From NCBI GenBank assembly GCA_002432945.1, contig DJHE01000019.1, forward strand, positions 101,928-165,927: a stretch of 64,000 nucleotides of DNA, written 5' to 3'. The position numbers and the translations under genes were made by a program. The DNA is from Synergistaceae bacterium UBA5827 (GTDB lineage: Bacteria; Synergistota; Synergistia; Synergistales; 79-D21). Every line of letters starts with the position of its first letter. The first letter of the stretch is position 1. Below, piece by piece: positions 1 to 9,760 of the stretch. The notes under the pieces were generated by a model that saw only the letters and a list, made by a program, of their open reading frames with translations, searched no databases and was not told the DNA's origin.

Positions 1-187
1 GGTATTTCCGGGCAAGAATGAGCAGGACTGCTCCGTGGGCACATCCCAATTCCAGGACTCTTTCGCCTTTTCTCAACCTGGCTGCAGCCGAGAGCAGCAC
101 TGTGTCCACGGAGACACGGGGGCCTTCCTCGGGCTGGAGGAGGCTTAATTCGCCGTACAGGATATCGTCGCGCGTCGTTTTGCTCAT
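1..187 (-). CDS. SAM-dependent methyltransferase, TrmN6/YfiC-like (N-terminal part only; gene runs off the window start)
   Basis: Own minus-strand translation from ATG at 187: MSKTTRDDILYGELSLLQPEEGPRVSVDTVLLSAAARLRKGERVLELGCAHGAVLLILARKY. It has D-x-VLL and LELGxxxG (SAM motif I). The ATG overlaps the smc stop (ATGA, 184-187). Absent from the ORF track because it is truncated. Confidence 0.5.
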   Translation of the reverse strand, partial: MSKTTRDDILYGELSLLQPEEGPRVSVDTVLLSAAARLRKGERVLELGCAHGAVLLILARKY

Positions 188-3100
188 GCCCAATCCTCCA
201 TGCGAACCCCGACAACCTGCGATAGCCCGGGCTCGGAGAGCGTGACTCCATAGAGGACATCCGCTTTTTCCATCGTCGTTCTACGGTGGGTCATGGCGAG
301 GATCTGCAGGTCCCGGGCATATTCTCCCGCGAGGTCCACGTAACGCCGAAGGTTAACCTCGTCGAGAGCGGCATCTGCTTCATCCAGGATCGCGATGGGA
401 ACACGGGCTTCTTCCATCGCCGCGAACAGGAGGGCAATCGCCGAGAGGGACTGCTCCCCGCCCGAAAGCTGGGCCAATCCCTGGGGGCGCTTGCCCGGTG
501 GCCGTGCCGTCACTTCAACACCCGCCTCCCAGCCCTCCCCCTCCCCTTCGATTTCCAGATGGGCTTCCCCACCACCGAAGAGGCGCTGGAAGAGGGTGTC
601 GAAACGACGATCAATCCCTTCCATGGCCAGGCTGAACACTCGTGAAGCCTGGCTATCGGTCTCAGCGATAAATTCCTGTAGGGTGCGGATGCCTTCTCTC
701 ACGTCGGCACACTGTTCCGATAGGAAAGTCGTTCGTTCCCTGAGCGATTCTTCTTCGGAAAGGACGCCCATCTCCACGTCCCCCATCGCCCTAAGGGTTT
801 TCTCTGCGTTCCGGATCGCCCGTTTCACATCCTCCAAATCAGTTTCCCCTCCGGCGCCTTTGCCGGGATAAGGGAACTTTTCCTCCCATTCCCCCGCGAG
901 TTCCGCCAGGCTGTTTGCAGCTTCAAGGATTTCCCGCTCGAGTTCCCCGAAACGGGTCCGGCAGCGGCGAAACGCTTCCTGTGCCCTGCCTTCCCTGGCA
1001 ACGACACGAACGAGATCCTTCCTGTTCCTCCCGGCTCGAGCGGAAAGGCCGCTTTCACGCATCCTTATCTCCCTTCCCTGTTCCCAGAAGGAGAGATAAC
1101 GCTTCCCCAGGTCGGACAAATCCACCAGGAGCTTATCGAGTGTCCGCCCACGCCCTGCGACCTCCTCTTCAGCCCTTTTCAAGGCCTCAAGGACACCCTT
1201 TTTTTCCTTCTCTACCCTACCCAGCAATTCCAGGGCCCCTCGCCTCCTTTCCTCTGAAAGGAGGACCTCGTTTTCAAGGTTCGAAATATTTTCCTCAGGG
1301 GTTTGGTCCTCAATGCCCTTTTCCATGGAGCGCAAGAGGGTTACTGTCTTTTTTCGTTCGAGGAAAAGTTCCCCGAATGACCGCCCCGCTCCCGAAAGGG
1401 CTTCCAGGGTTTTCGTCCCGGCTTCCTGCAGGCGCAAATCTTCCCTATCGACCCGGTCTTTTTCACCCTTCAGCAGGCGCAGGTTATCCTCCGCTTCCCT
1501 TCGCTTGTCGAACAGTTCCTCTTTCTCGGCCGCCGTCCTGATCTCCAGGCTTTCAGCCTCGGACAAAATGGACTGAAGGCGATCGGCCTCGTTATGCGCC
1601 TCTTCCAGCGAGGCTTCTAGCTGTTTCCTGCGCCGGCGTAGTTCGATGACTCCCGAACCGCTTTTCTGGCTTCCTCCGCTCACGGACCCGCCAGGCATGA
1701 AGACATCGCCTTCCAACGTGGCGACAGCAAGCCTCGGGTGGCGTCTCACGAGACGGGCCGCAGTATCGTAGTCCTCCACGAGGAGGAGATCACCTAAAAT
1801 ATGCCCCATGGCTTTTTTCCACTTTTCGGCGATCCCGAGAAGGTCGATTGCCCAACCCAGGACTCCCGGCTCGTTTTTCGGTTCAACTTCCCGAACCGGC
1901 CTCAAGGGGCGACATCGTTCCAGGGGAAGGAATGTCGCCCGGCCGGCGCTTGCCTGCCGGAGACCCTCGATGCAGAGGCGAGCCTCATCCATGTCTTTTA
2001 CCAAGAGCCAGAACTGCCTTGCCCCCAGAAAGGATTCGAGGGCCTTTTCGAAACGGGGGGGACATTCGAATGCCTCGATGACAGGAAGAGGAGAAGCCGA
2101 AATCCGGCCCAGCCTCGCCGCTGCCATGAGAAACTGGACTGGGCGCGGAAAGGCTTGCCCATCCATTTTCTGGCTCAGGCTTTCCAATTCCGAGGCAAGC
2201 TGGCTCACCTGTTTTCGATGCCTCGCAATATCAGCAGCAGCTTTCTGGGAGGCGGCAAATGCAGCCGAGTGGAACTCGATTGCCGCCTCGCATTGATTCA
2301 GGCTTTCTGCGGCTGATCGCTCGGCCTTGACCAAAGCCTCCCCCAGGCGCAAAGCCCCCGTGCCTGCCTTCCTCTTTTCTTCGACAAGGGCCCAATAGTG
2401 ACGGCCCAAGCCCTCCAGGCAAACTTTTAACGACTCTGTTGCGGAATCCTGCTCCGCCTTTTTTCGAGAAAGAGCCTTTCGAGCGTTATTTTGCCTTTCA
2501 AGTTCTTCCTGCCGCTGCAACCTTGCCTGCCTGGCCGCCCTTGCTGCGGCACGCTTTTCGGAAAGTTCAGCTTCAAGGGATTCCGCCAGGTCACGCTGGG
2601 TCCTTTCCTCCCTTTCCAGGTCCAGTAGGGTAGCGCGTTTTCTCAGGGACTCCGCTTGCGCTTCCTTGAGTTGGTCCCTGTCCCTCCTGAGGGCCGAAGC
2701 GAGGGAAGCCGCCTGGCGAAGCGTTCCCTGGAGGGCTTGGAAAGCAACGTTTCCTTCTTCCCGGCAAGACTCCATCTCTTCCTGGACAGTGGCGAGATTC
2801 CGCTCTAGAAGTTCTCTCCTGCGTGTCCAGCCCTCGCTCCAAAAAGCGTGGGTTGCCTGTTCCCGTTCCAGCAGGGAGCAGCGGTTACGGAGGGACTCGA
2901 GGGCAGATTCCGAGCGTTCCCTTCGCAACCAGTAAAACACTCGCCTCTGGTCTTCCAGGGCCGTCAGAACCTCCTTGGCCTTCCTCGCTTTTTCGACCAT
3001 CGGGGCAATTTCATTGCGACGGGCGGAAAGTTCCGACAAGAGGGTTGCAAGGCGTAGCAACTCTTCCTCGGCCCGCTTAAGGCGATCGACCGCTTCTTCG

Positions 3101-3600
3101 CGCTTCCTGCGGTAAAGATCTATGCCGAAGAGCCCTTCCAGCAGCATTCTCCGCTGGAGAGGCTTTTGCTGGATGATTTCGGAGATCTCTCCCTGCCCGA
3201 TGAAAGCGAAGCGGACACCCTCCAGCCCCCAGTCCCTCTTGACCTGTTCCAGGTCCTGGAGACGCACACGGTTTCCATTGACTGTGACAGAGGCCGCCCC
3301 TTCCCGGTCCACCTTCCTCCGGATCAGGCATCCGTCCTTGCCCGCGAGGAGCCTCACGGCCACTTCGGTTTCCCTGCACGAGGGGACGCTTGCACTACCC
3401 TGGAAAAGAAGATCTGTCTGCCGTGAAATCCTTAGGTCCGATGGTGCCCCTTCCCCAAGAACCCAGCGCATGGCGTCCAGCAGGTTGCTCTTGCCGCTCC
3501 CGTTGGGCCCAACGATGCAGGTCAAGCCCGGTGACAGGGAAAGGTCGTGGTCACCCCCGAAACTCTTGAATCCCTTAAGTTGAAGCTGGGCGATATACAT
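184..3600 (-). CDS. smc: chromosome segregation protein SMC
   Basis: 1138-aa ORF. Walker A GPNGSGKSN, long E/R/L-rich coiled-coil arms with a hinge, C-terminal LSGGEQSL signature and ILDEADAALD Walker B. Confidence 0.95.
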   Translation of the reverse strand: MYIAQLQLKGFKSFGGDHDLSLSPGLTCIVGPNGSGKSNLLDAMRWVLGEGAPSDLRISRQTDLLFQGSASVPSCRETEVAVRLLAGKDGCLIRRKVDREGAASVTVNGNRVRLQDLEQVKRDWGLEGVRFAFIGQGEISEIIQQKPLQRRMLLEGLFGIDLYRRKREEAVDRLKRAEEELLRLATLLSELSARRNEIAPMVEKARKAKEVLTALEDQRRVFYWLRRERSESALESLRNRCSLLEREQATHAFWSEGWTRRRELLERNLATVQEEMESCREEGNVAFQALQGTLRQAASLASALRRDRDQLKEAQAESLRKRATLLDLEREERTQRDLAESLEAELSEKRAAARAARQARLQRQEELERQNNARKALSRKKAEQDSATESLKVCLEGLGRHYWALVEEKRKAGTGALRLGEALVKAERSAAESLNQCEAAIEFHSAAFAASQKAAADIARHRKQVSQLASELESLSQKMDGQAFPRPVQFLMAAARLGRISASPLPVIEAFECPPRFEKALESFLGARQFWLLVKDMDEARLCIEGLRQASAGRATFLPLERCRPLRPVREVEPKNEPGVLGWAIDLLGIAEKWKKAMGHILGDLLLVEDYDTAARLVRRHPRLAVATLEGDVFMPGGSVSGGSQKSGSGVIELRRRRKQLEASLEEAHNEADRLQSILSEAESLEIRTAAEKEELFDKRREAEDNLRLLKGEKDRVDREDLRLQEAGTKTLEALSGAGRSFGELFLERKKTVTLLRSMEKGIEDQTPEENISNLENEVLLSEERRRGALELLGRVEKEKKGVLEALKRAEEEVAGRGRTLDKLLVDLSDLGKRYLSFWEQGREIRMRESGLSARAGRNRKDLVRVVAREGRAQEAFRRCRTRFGELEREILEAANSLAELAGEWEEKFPYPGKGAGGETDLEDVKRAIRNAEKTLRAMGDVEMGVLSEEESLRERTTFLSEQCADVREGIRTLQEFIAETDSQASRVFSLAMEGIDRRFDTLFQRLFGGGEAHLEIEGEGEGWEAGVEVTARPPGKRPQGLAQLSGGEQSLSAIALLFAAMEEARVPIAILDEADAALDEVNLRRYVDLAGEYARDLQILAMTHRRTTMEKADVLYGVTLSEPGLSQVVGVRMEDWA

Positions 3601-5041
3601 TGACCTTGTGTTCCGCCTGCGTCATGGACCCCTGGAAATCAAGGCGGAATTTCTCCCATGGGAATCCAGGCATCTCCCTGAGGAATATTTTCCTCCCGAA
3701 TTCTTCCTCCCAGGCCTCGATATAATTTTCGACAATATGCCGGGCCACGGCTGGATAAAGCTCGAGGATCAGGGCCTCTGCTTTTCCTGAGCGGCACACC
3801 TTCCTCAGGAATCGCTTGACCGATAGGGACACGGTGTCCTCCTTGAGTACCCATCCGTTCCCCGAACAGAACGGGCAACTGCGCGTGAAGGCCCCCTTGA
3901 GATCCCCCCGGGCCCGTTTGCGCGTGATCTCCACGAGTCCGAGCTGGGTCACCCCGTAAACCCGGGCCTTGCAGCGATCATGCCGGAAGAGCTCCTCAAG
4001 TCGCTGCAGGAGGGCGTTCTTGTCTTCCTCGTATTCCATGTCGATAAAGTCAACAACCACAATGCCGCCGATCGACCTCAGGCGCAGGACCCGGTAGATC
4101 GACTCCGCAGCTTCGAGATTTGTCTTAAGGACTGTTTCCCGGAGGTTCGTCACCCCGACGTACTTTCCGGTGTTCACGTCGATGACGGTCAGGGCCTCCG
4201 CCTGGTCTACCACAAGGGTCCCTCCCGAGGGCAGCCAAACCTTGCGTTCCAATGCGGCAGCCAATTCCTTCTCTATGCCGTAAAACTCGAAGATTGGAAC
4301 GGATCCCGCGTAAAGCTCGACCTGCGGTGTCCGCTCGGAAAAGAAATCGCGGACATAGGCTGCAACTTTTTCGTATTCTTCGGGACAATCGACGACGATC
4401 TCGGAAACATCCCCGTTGAGTTCATCCCTCAGGATCCGTCCCACCAGCCCTATATCCCGGTACAACAGGGAAGGAGCCGGCTGGCTTTCCGCCAGAGAAG
4501 AAATTTCCTGCCAAAGCTCCAGGAGCATCGCCAGATCTCCTTGGAGAGCTTCCGCGGGAACTCCCTCGGCTACGGTCCTGACGATGATCCCGAACCCAGT
4601 CGGGCGAAGGGCACGGGCAATCTGCCTGAGGCGCTTTCTCTCCCCTTCGTCGAGGATCCGCTTGGAAACGCCCGTTTCGCTTCCTCCCGGGACCAAAACC
4701 AGGAAACGGCCGGGCAGTGAAACCCGGGCCGAGACCCTGGCCCCCTTTCCCTTTCGGGCTGCCTTTACGACCTGTACGACGACCTCTGCGTTTGCCCGTA
4801 TGTCGATCCCACGGGCATCCTCCAGGTAAAGGAAGGCATTCCGACCATCCCCCAGGCTCACGAACGATGCGTTCATGCCGGGGAGGACACTGTCCACCCT
4901 CGCCTTGAATATTTCCCCGGCCTTTTGCGTTTCCCACATCCGCTCGCTAAAGATCTCTGCAACGCGCCCCTCTTCCAAAATCGCCAGGCGCATTTCTTCC
5001 GAATCAAGAACATTTGCGATAATCTGTCTTTCTATCGTCAT
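3575..5041 (-). CDS. rng: ribonuclease E/G family protein (RNase G-like)
   Basis: 488-aa ORF. N-terminal S1 domain (GEIFKARVDSVLPGMNASFVSLG) and catalytic-core VVDFIDM motif. The 3' end overlaps the smc start by 26 nt. Confidence 0.85.
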   Translation of the reverse strand: MTIERQIIANVLDSEEMRLAILEEGRVAEIFSERMWETQKAGEIFKARVDSVLPGMNASFVSLGDGRNAFLYLEDARGIDIRANAEVVVQVVKAARKGKGARVSARVSLPGRFLVLVPGGSETGVSKRILDEGERKRLRQIARALRPTGFGIIVRTVAEGVPAEALQGDLAMLLELWQEISSLAESQPAPSLLYRDIGLVGRILRDELNGDVSEIVVDCPEEYEKVAAYVRDFFSERTPQVELYAGSVPIFEFYGIEKELAAALERKVWLPSGGTLVVDQAEALTVIDVNTGKYVGVTNLRETVLKTNLEAAESIYRVLRLRSIGGIVVVDFIDMEYEEDKNALLQRLEELFRHDRCKARVYGVTQLGLVEITRKRARGDLKGAFTRSCPFCSGNGWVLKEDTVSLSVKRFLRKVCRSGKAEALILELYPAVARHIVENYIEAWEEEFGRKIFLREMPGFPWEKFRLDFQGSMTQAEHKVNVYRPAST

Positions 5042-5057
5042 CCCGTCACTCCCCAGG

Positions 5058-5657
5058 CTAAACGAGAGGCTTTACGATGCTCTCTTCCCAAGCTCCCACT
5101 ACAGTTCTCAGGATCAACAGGTCCCCCCACCCCTCCACGAGGCCGGCGGCCCTCAAGGCCTTGACGAAGAGCCCTGGCCCGAAGCGATCCGGCTGGGCAA
5201 GGACTACCCTGGCCGAGTCCTCCTCCATCTCCAGGACATGGAGAACTTTTTCTTCCTGCAGGAAGGGTTCGATGGCCCGAGTCAACTCGTCAATGCTGGG
5301 AGGGAGTCCCCTGAAAAAGATCCTGTACTCTCCGGCCTTGCAGAGACGACTTAGGGGCGGTCCTTCGACGGGCCCCGCGCGAAGGATTTCAAACCCCCTA
5401 GGCATGGACCTCTGCCAGGCATCAAGCATTGCTTCACCCCAATTGCCCACCCAGATTTCGGCAGGTTCAGCCAGAGCTGGGACACCCACCGGCAGGGCAG
5501 GCCCGAGGCTAATTTTCGGATGCGGGGAGAATCCCTCCGTCTGGAGGATTTCCATTCCTGCCCTCCTGGCGGATCGGGCAATGAGGGGAGGCATTTCCAC
5601 ATGAGGAACAAAGGCAGCCAATCCCCTCTTGGAAAAGAGGAAACGGATCCGGCTCAT
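5058..5657 (-). CDS. radical SAM-linked protein (DUF2344 / TIGR03936-like), function unknown
   Basis: 199-aa ORF starting MSRIRFLFSKRGLAAFVPHVEMPPLIARSARRAGMEI, typical of the family found fused or adjacent to TIGR03960 radical SAM enzymes. 4-nt overlap with the upstream radical SAM gene. Confidence 0.7.
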   Translation of the reverse strand: MSRIRFLFSKRGLAAFVPHVEMPPLIARSARRAGMEILQTEGFSPHPKISLGPALPVGVPALAEPAEIWVGNWGEAMLDAWQRSMPRGFEILRAGPVEGPPLSRLCKAGEYRIFFRGLPPSIDELTRAIEPFLQEEKVLHVLEMEEDSARVVLAQPDRFGPGLFVKALRAAGLVEGWGDLLILRTVVGAWEESIVKPLV

Positions 5658-7522
5658 CGATTGGCCTCCCCATCAAGGCGGGGACACTCTGACGACAAGA
5701 AACCGCATGATTGGCACCCTCCGGTTCTGCAATCCGGCGTCGTTGCTGCAGAAAACGCCTTTCCCCTTTCACGCCAAAGAAAATCACGGCTCACTCCAGT
5801 ATCGATATGATCCCATGGAAAAGATTCGTGCTCCTGCCGGCTGCGGTTGGCGTAATCCGCCGGATCCAGCCCCTCCGACTCGAAAGCCTGCATCCAGGTA
5901 TCGAAACGGAATGTCTCCGTCCATCCGTCGAAACGGCACCCGTTTCTCCAGGCTCTCTCTATCACATCCGCAAGGCGGCGATCCCCCCTCGCGAAAACCC
6001 CTTCGACATAGCCCTGTCTCGGATCGTGATAATTCATCGAGATCCGTGGGTTCCCAAGTTTCCCCTTAAGCCACCGGCAACGGGATTCGGTTTCCAGAAA
6101 AGGTAGTTGAGGTTCCCACTGGAATGGCGTGTGCGGCTTCGGGATGAATCCGTTGACGGAAACGGACACCTCGGCTCTTCGGTGGCGCTTCCTCAGGATC
6201 CCGAAAGCTTCCCTGCAAATGTCCAGGATTCCCTGCAGGTCGGTCTCCGTTTCCGTCGGGAGGCCCACCATGAAATAAAGTTTCACCCTGTCCCAGCCAT
6301 GTTCGCTGAGGGCTTCCAGGGTCGTGCGGATATCTTCCTCGTCTATTCCCTTGTTGATGACATCCCGCAAGTGTTGGCTTCCTGCTTCCGGGGCAAAGGT
6401 CAACCCGCCTCTCTTTACCGTCTCCAGGCTTGCAGCCAGTTCCACGGAAGAGGCATCCATCCGCAGGCTGGGAAGGCTCAGCTTGATCCCTGGAGCCCTT
6501 AACTCTCTGGAGAGGGTTTCGAGGACAGGAACCAGGCCCGTGTAATCGCAGGAGGATAGCGACACAAGCCCGACTTCTTCCCAACCGGTCTTCTTCAGCA
6601 GGTCCCTGGCGATGTCGATGACCTTTCCAGGGCTTCTTTCCCGGACCGGCCGGTAAATCATTCCAGCCTGGCAGAACCGGCATCCCCTTGAACAACCACG
6701 AAAAACCTCCACCGGAACCCTGTCGTGGATGATTCCCGTATCGGGAACGATCAGGGAAGACGGGGCAAACGCGGTGTCCATATCGAGAACAATCTGGCGC
6801 TTGATCGGTAGTTGTTGCCTTGACTTGATCTCGACTCCCCTGTCTGTGAATTCGCACGTCGAGAAGGCCGGAACGTAAACACCTGGCAAGCCCGCGAGGC
6901 AGGAAAGGCGCTCTCCCCTGTGGCAACCGCGGGTCTCGGCCATCACTTTCAGGACGGACGGGAGCAGTTCTTCACCATCCCCCAGGCAAAAGAAGTCGAT
7001 GAAAGGTGCCAGAGGTTCGGGGGCAAGGCCTCCTGGACCTCCGGCCATGACCAGCGGGTCTCCCTCGCGACGATCCTCAGACCTGATGGGAATGCCTCCA
7101 AGGTCTAGCATCGTCAGGATATTCGTCGCGGTCAACTCGTACTGGAGCGTGAACCCGACAGCGTCAAATTTTCCAAGGGGAGTGCCCGATTCGAGGGAAA
7201 CCAGGGGCAATCCCTCTGAGCGCAGGGACATCTCCATGTCGCCCCAGGGGCAATAGGCCCTTTCCGCCACGACTCCACCAAGGGAATTCGCCAGTGCATA
7301 GAGGATCTGGAACCCCAGGAAGCTCATCCCGACCTCGTATGTATCGGGAAAAGCCAGGCAGATTCGTACTGCGGAATTTTCGGTCCCGCTGATTTTATCG
7401 ATCGAGCCCCATTCCTGCCCGATGTACCGCGACGGATGCTTGACCGTCGCAAGGAGGGGCCACAACGTGCTTTTCAACTCAAAAGGGCGTTCCACTTTTT
7501 TATTCACCTCAAGAATCGTCAT
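5654..7522 (-). CDS. B12-binding-domain radical SAM protein (TIGR03960-like), function unknown
   Basis: ORF 5654..7597. CxxxCxxC cluster motif in FRGCSRGCRFCQAG. Start moved to ATG 7522 (MTILEVNKK...) because the upstream extension overlaps the rodA 3' end; the RBS is weak, so the start is uncertain. Confidence 0.8.
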   Translation of the reverse strand: MTILEVNKKVERPFELKSTLWPLLATVKHPSRYIGQEWGSIDKISGTENSAVRICLAFPDTYEVGMSFLGFQILYALANSLGGVVAERAYCPWGDMEMSLRSEGLPLVSLESGTPLGKFDAVGFTLQYELTATNILTMLDLGGIPIRSEDRREGDPLVMAGGPGGLAPEPLAPFIDFFCLGDGEELLPSVLKVMAETRGCHRGERLSCLAGLPGVYVPAFSTCEFTDRGVEIKSRQQLPIKRQIVLDMDTAFAPSSLIVPDTGIIHDRVPVEVFRGCSRGCRFCQAGMIYRPVRERSPGKVIDIARDLLKKTGWEEVGLVSLSSCDYTGLVPVLETLSRELRAPGIKLSLPSLRMDASSVELAASLETVKRGGLTFAPEAGSQHLRDVINKGIDEEDIRTTLEALSEHGWDRVKLYFMVGLPTETETDLQGILDICREAFGILRKRHRRAEVSVSVNGFIPKPHTPFQWEPQLPFLETESRCRWLKGKLGNPRISMNYHDPRQGYVEGVFARGDRRLADVIERAWRNGCRFDGWTETFRFDTWMQAFESEGLDPADYANRSRQEHESFPWDHIDTGVSRDFLWRERGKAFSAATTPDCRTGGCQSCGFLSSECPRLDGEANR

Positions 7523-8633
7523 CTGGTCGCGGGTTTTCGACGAAAACACTCTGGACGAGCCCCAAGGCAATCCCGAGCGAAAGAAGAGAGCTCCCACCGT
7601 AACTCAGGAATGGCAGGGGAAGTCCGGTTACGGGGGCAAGCCCCATGCTCATTGCCATGCCTTCCAGTACCTGGAACCAGATCCAGCCCGCGATGGAGGC
7701 GACAAGGACTTTCCCGCGGAGATCCCTGGATTTGACTCCGGCAGCGATGATACGCCAGAGCAAGAGTGAGAAGAGGGCCAGAAGGACAATGCCGCCCAGG
7801 AAACCAAACTCCTCCGCAAAGACGCTGAAAATGAAATCCGTGTGGGGCTCCGGGAGAAAACCCAGCTTGCTCTGTGTTCCCATCATGAACCCCTTGCCGA
7901 CCAGGCGTCCCGAACCCACTGCGATCCTGGACTGGATCACGTTGTAACCCGCCCCGAGAGGGTCGACATAGGGATTCAAAAAAACCATGAGTCGCAGGCG
8001 CTGGTAGGTCTTGAGAAAATGCCAGGCGAACGGCATGGCCAAAAGGGCTGCACCGCAAAGCCCAACCAGGTAGCTCACTGGTGTTCCTGCTGCGTACAGG
8101 GCTGTAAGGATCATGACCGAAAGCACGATGGCGCTCCCGAGGTCAGGCTGTGCCAGGACGAGGACGAGGCTCATCCCCGCCAGCGCCAGGACGCCTGCCA
8201 GGTCTCTCGTCTTCTTCACCGGATGCCTGCAAAGGTGCTTGGACAGCAAGAGGGCAAGGGCCACCTTGGTTACCTCGGAAGGCTGAAGTCGAATTCCTGC
8301 AAAACCGATCCAGCTTTGGGAACCCCTGGCGACATGTCCCAGGACCAGTACAATCACCAGGAGAATCAACGCGATTCCGTAAAGCCGGTAGGCCAATTCA
8401 AGAAGGCGCAAGTAACCGATCCGCAAAACCACCGCATAAGCCGAGAAGGAGACAAGTCCCCAGATTGCCTGCCTGACAACGAAAGCCCCGGCGTTTTTCT
8501 CCATGCCGAGGCTGGCGCTGAAGATCGAAAAAAGGCCGATGAAGAAAAGGGCCACGGTCGCAAACAACAGATTGCGGTCAGACGAAACGAACAGCAACCG
8601 TAGGATATTCCCCTTCTCCTCCCGCAGTTTCAT
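7509..8633 (-). CDS. rodA: rod shape-determining protein RodA (FtsW/RodA/SpoVE family)
   Basis: 374-aa polytopic membrane ORF with C-terminal PLPFLSYGGSSLL motif. Sits downstream of pbp2-minCDE. ATGA overlap with the minE stop (8630-8633). Confidence 0.9.
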   Translation of the reverse strand: MKLREEKGNILRLLFVSSDRNLLFATVALFFIGLFSIFSASLGMEKNAGAFVVRQAIWGLVSFSAYAVVLRIGYLRLLELAYRLYGIALILLVIVLVLGHVARGSQSWIGFAGIRLQPSEVTKVALALLLSKHLCRHPVKKTRDLAGVLALAGMSLVLVLAQPDLGSAIVLSVMILTALYAAGTPVSYLVGLCGAALLAMPFAWHFLKTYQRLRLMVFLNPYVDPLGAGYNVIQSRIAVGSGRLVGKGFMMGTQSKLGFLPEPHTDFIFSVFAEEFGFLGGIVLLALFSLLLWRIIAAGVKSRDLRGKVLVASIAGWIWFQVLEGMAMSMGLAPVTGLPLPFLSYGGSSLLSLGIALGLVQSVFVENPRPDDDS

Positions 8634-8926
8634 GCAGGTTCCGCCCTGCGCTCCGCTCTCCTCTTGACGTTCTTGACGGGGATGTTCGCCACAAGCGCCA
8701 CGGAACGCTCTTCTTTCGAAAAATCAAGCTCGATCTTGTCTTCCTCGATATCGAGATAATTGCTGATGACCCCGATAAGGTCCTTACGGAGATTTTCCAT
8801 CATTTCCGGGGAAATGTCCGTACGGTCGTGGATCAGGACCAGTTGAAGGCGTTTTTTTGCCGTGTCTTTCGACTTTTCCTTTTTGATCATCTGGAACAGC
8901 CGGGCAAGGAAGTTCATGATATCCAC
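8630..8926 (-). CDS. minE: cell division topological specificity factor MinE
   Basis: 98-aa ORF with KKRLQLVLIHDRTDISPEMMENLRKDLIGVISNYLDI, directly after minD. Confidence 0.9.
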   Translation of the reverse strand: MDIMNFLARLFQMIKKEKSKDTAKKRLQLVLIHDRTDISPEMMENLRKDLIGVISNYLDIEEDKIELDFSKEERSVALVANIPVKNVKRRAERRAEPA

Positions 8927-8929
8927 CCC

Positions 8930-9730
8930 CTAAAGGCCAAGGGCTTTCCGGAGAAAGCCGAAAAAGCCCTTCTGGTCGGAAGCTTCCAGGTCGAGGAGGG
9001 GTATTTCTTCACCGAGTATGCGGCGAGCCACGTTGGAGAAGGCCCGGGCAGCTATCGATTCGTCTCCCAGGGTCAGTGGTTCTCCCTTGTTCGTAGAGAC
9101 GACGACAGCCGTATCGTCTGGTATGACTCCGATCAGGTCAATCGCCAGGATATCGAGGACATCCTTGACGTCGATCATGTCGCCGGATTTTACCATCGCA
9201 GGTCGCAAGCGGTTGAGGACCAACCTTATCGGGGATTTTGACATGGATTCCAGCATGCCGATGATTCGATCCGCATCTCGGACGGCAGAAACCTCGGGGG
9301 TCGTCACGACGATGGCCTCGTCGGCACCAATCGCAGCGTTGCGAAACCCTTGTTCTATGCCCGCAGGGCTATCGATCAGCGTGATATCGAAGTTTTCCCT
9401 GAGTTCGTCGCAGAGTTTCAGCATCTGGTCGGGGCTCACCGCATCCTTGGTTCGCGTCTGTGCGGCAGGAAGCAGGAAAAGGTTTTCCACCCGCTTGTCC
9501 CGTACCATGGCCTTCTGCAGCTTGCAGGCACCTTCGACAACGTCCACCAGGTTGAAAACGATCCTGTTTTCAAGACCCAGAACGACGTCCAGGTTTCTCA
9601 ACCCGATATCCCCGTCAACAGCCGCGGTCTTGTAACCTGCCTTGGCTAGGGCAACAGCAAGGTTTGCCGTCGTTGTCGTCTTGCCGACCCCGCCTTTCCC
9701 AGATGTCACGACGATAATTCTCGGATCCAT
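8930..9730 (-). CDS. minD: septum site-determining ATPase MinD
   Basis: 266-aa ORF with deviant Walker A VVTSGKGGVGKTTTTANLA and a C-terminal amphipathic tail. Confidence 0.95.
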   Translation of the reverse strand: MDPRIIVVTSGKGGVGKTTTTANLAVALAKAGYKTAAVDGDIGLRNLDVVLGLENRIVFNLVDVVEGACKLQKAMVRDKRVENLFLLPAAQTRTKDAVSPDQMLKLCDELRENFDITLIDSPAGIEQGFRNAAIGADEAIVVTTPEVSAVRDADRIIGMLESMSKSPIRLVLNRLRPAMVKSGDMIDVKDVLDILAIDLIGVIPDDTAVVVSTNKGEPLTLGDESIAARAFSNVARRILGEEIPLLDLEASDQKGFFGFLRKALGL

Positions 9731-9760
9731 AAAGCCCCCTCCTCCTCTTTCAAGCTATGG

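Noticed and set aside
18-245. 75-aa plus-strand ORF at the window start.
   Set aside because: It lies antisense to the smc 3' end and to the methyltransferase N-terminus, which has a clear SAM-binding motif and an ATGA-coupled start. It has no RBS and no motif.
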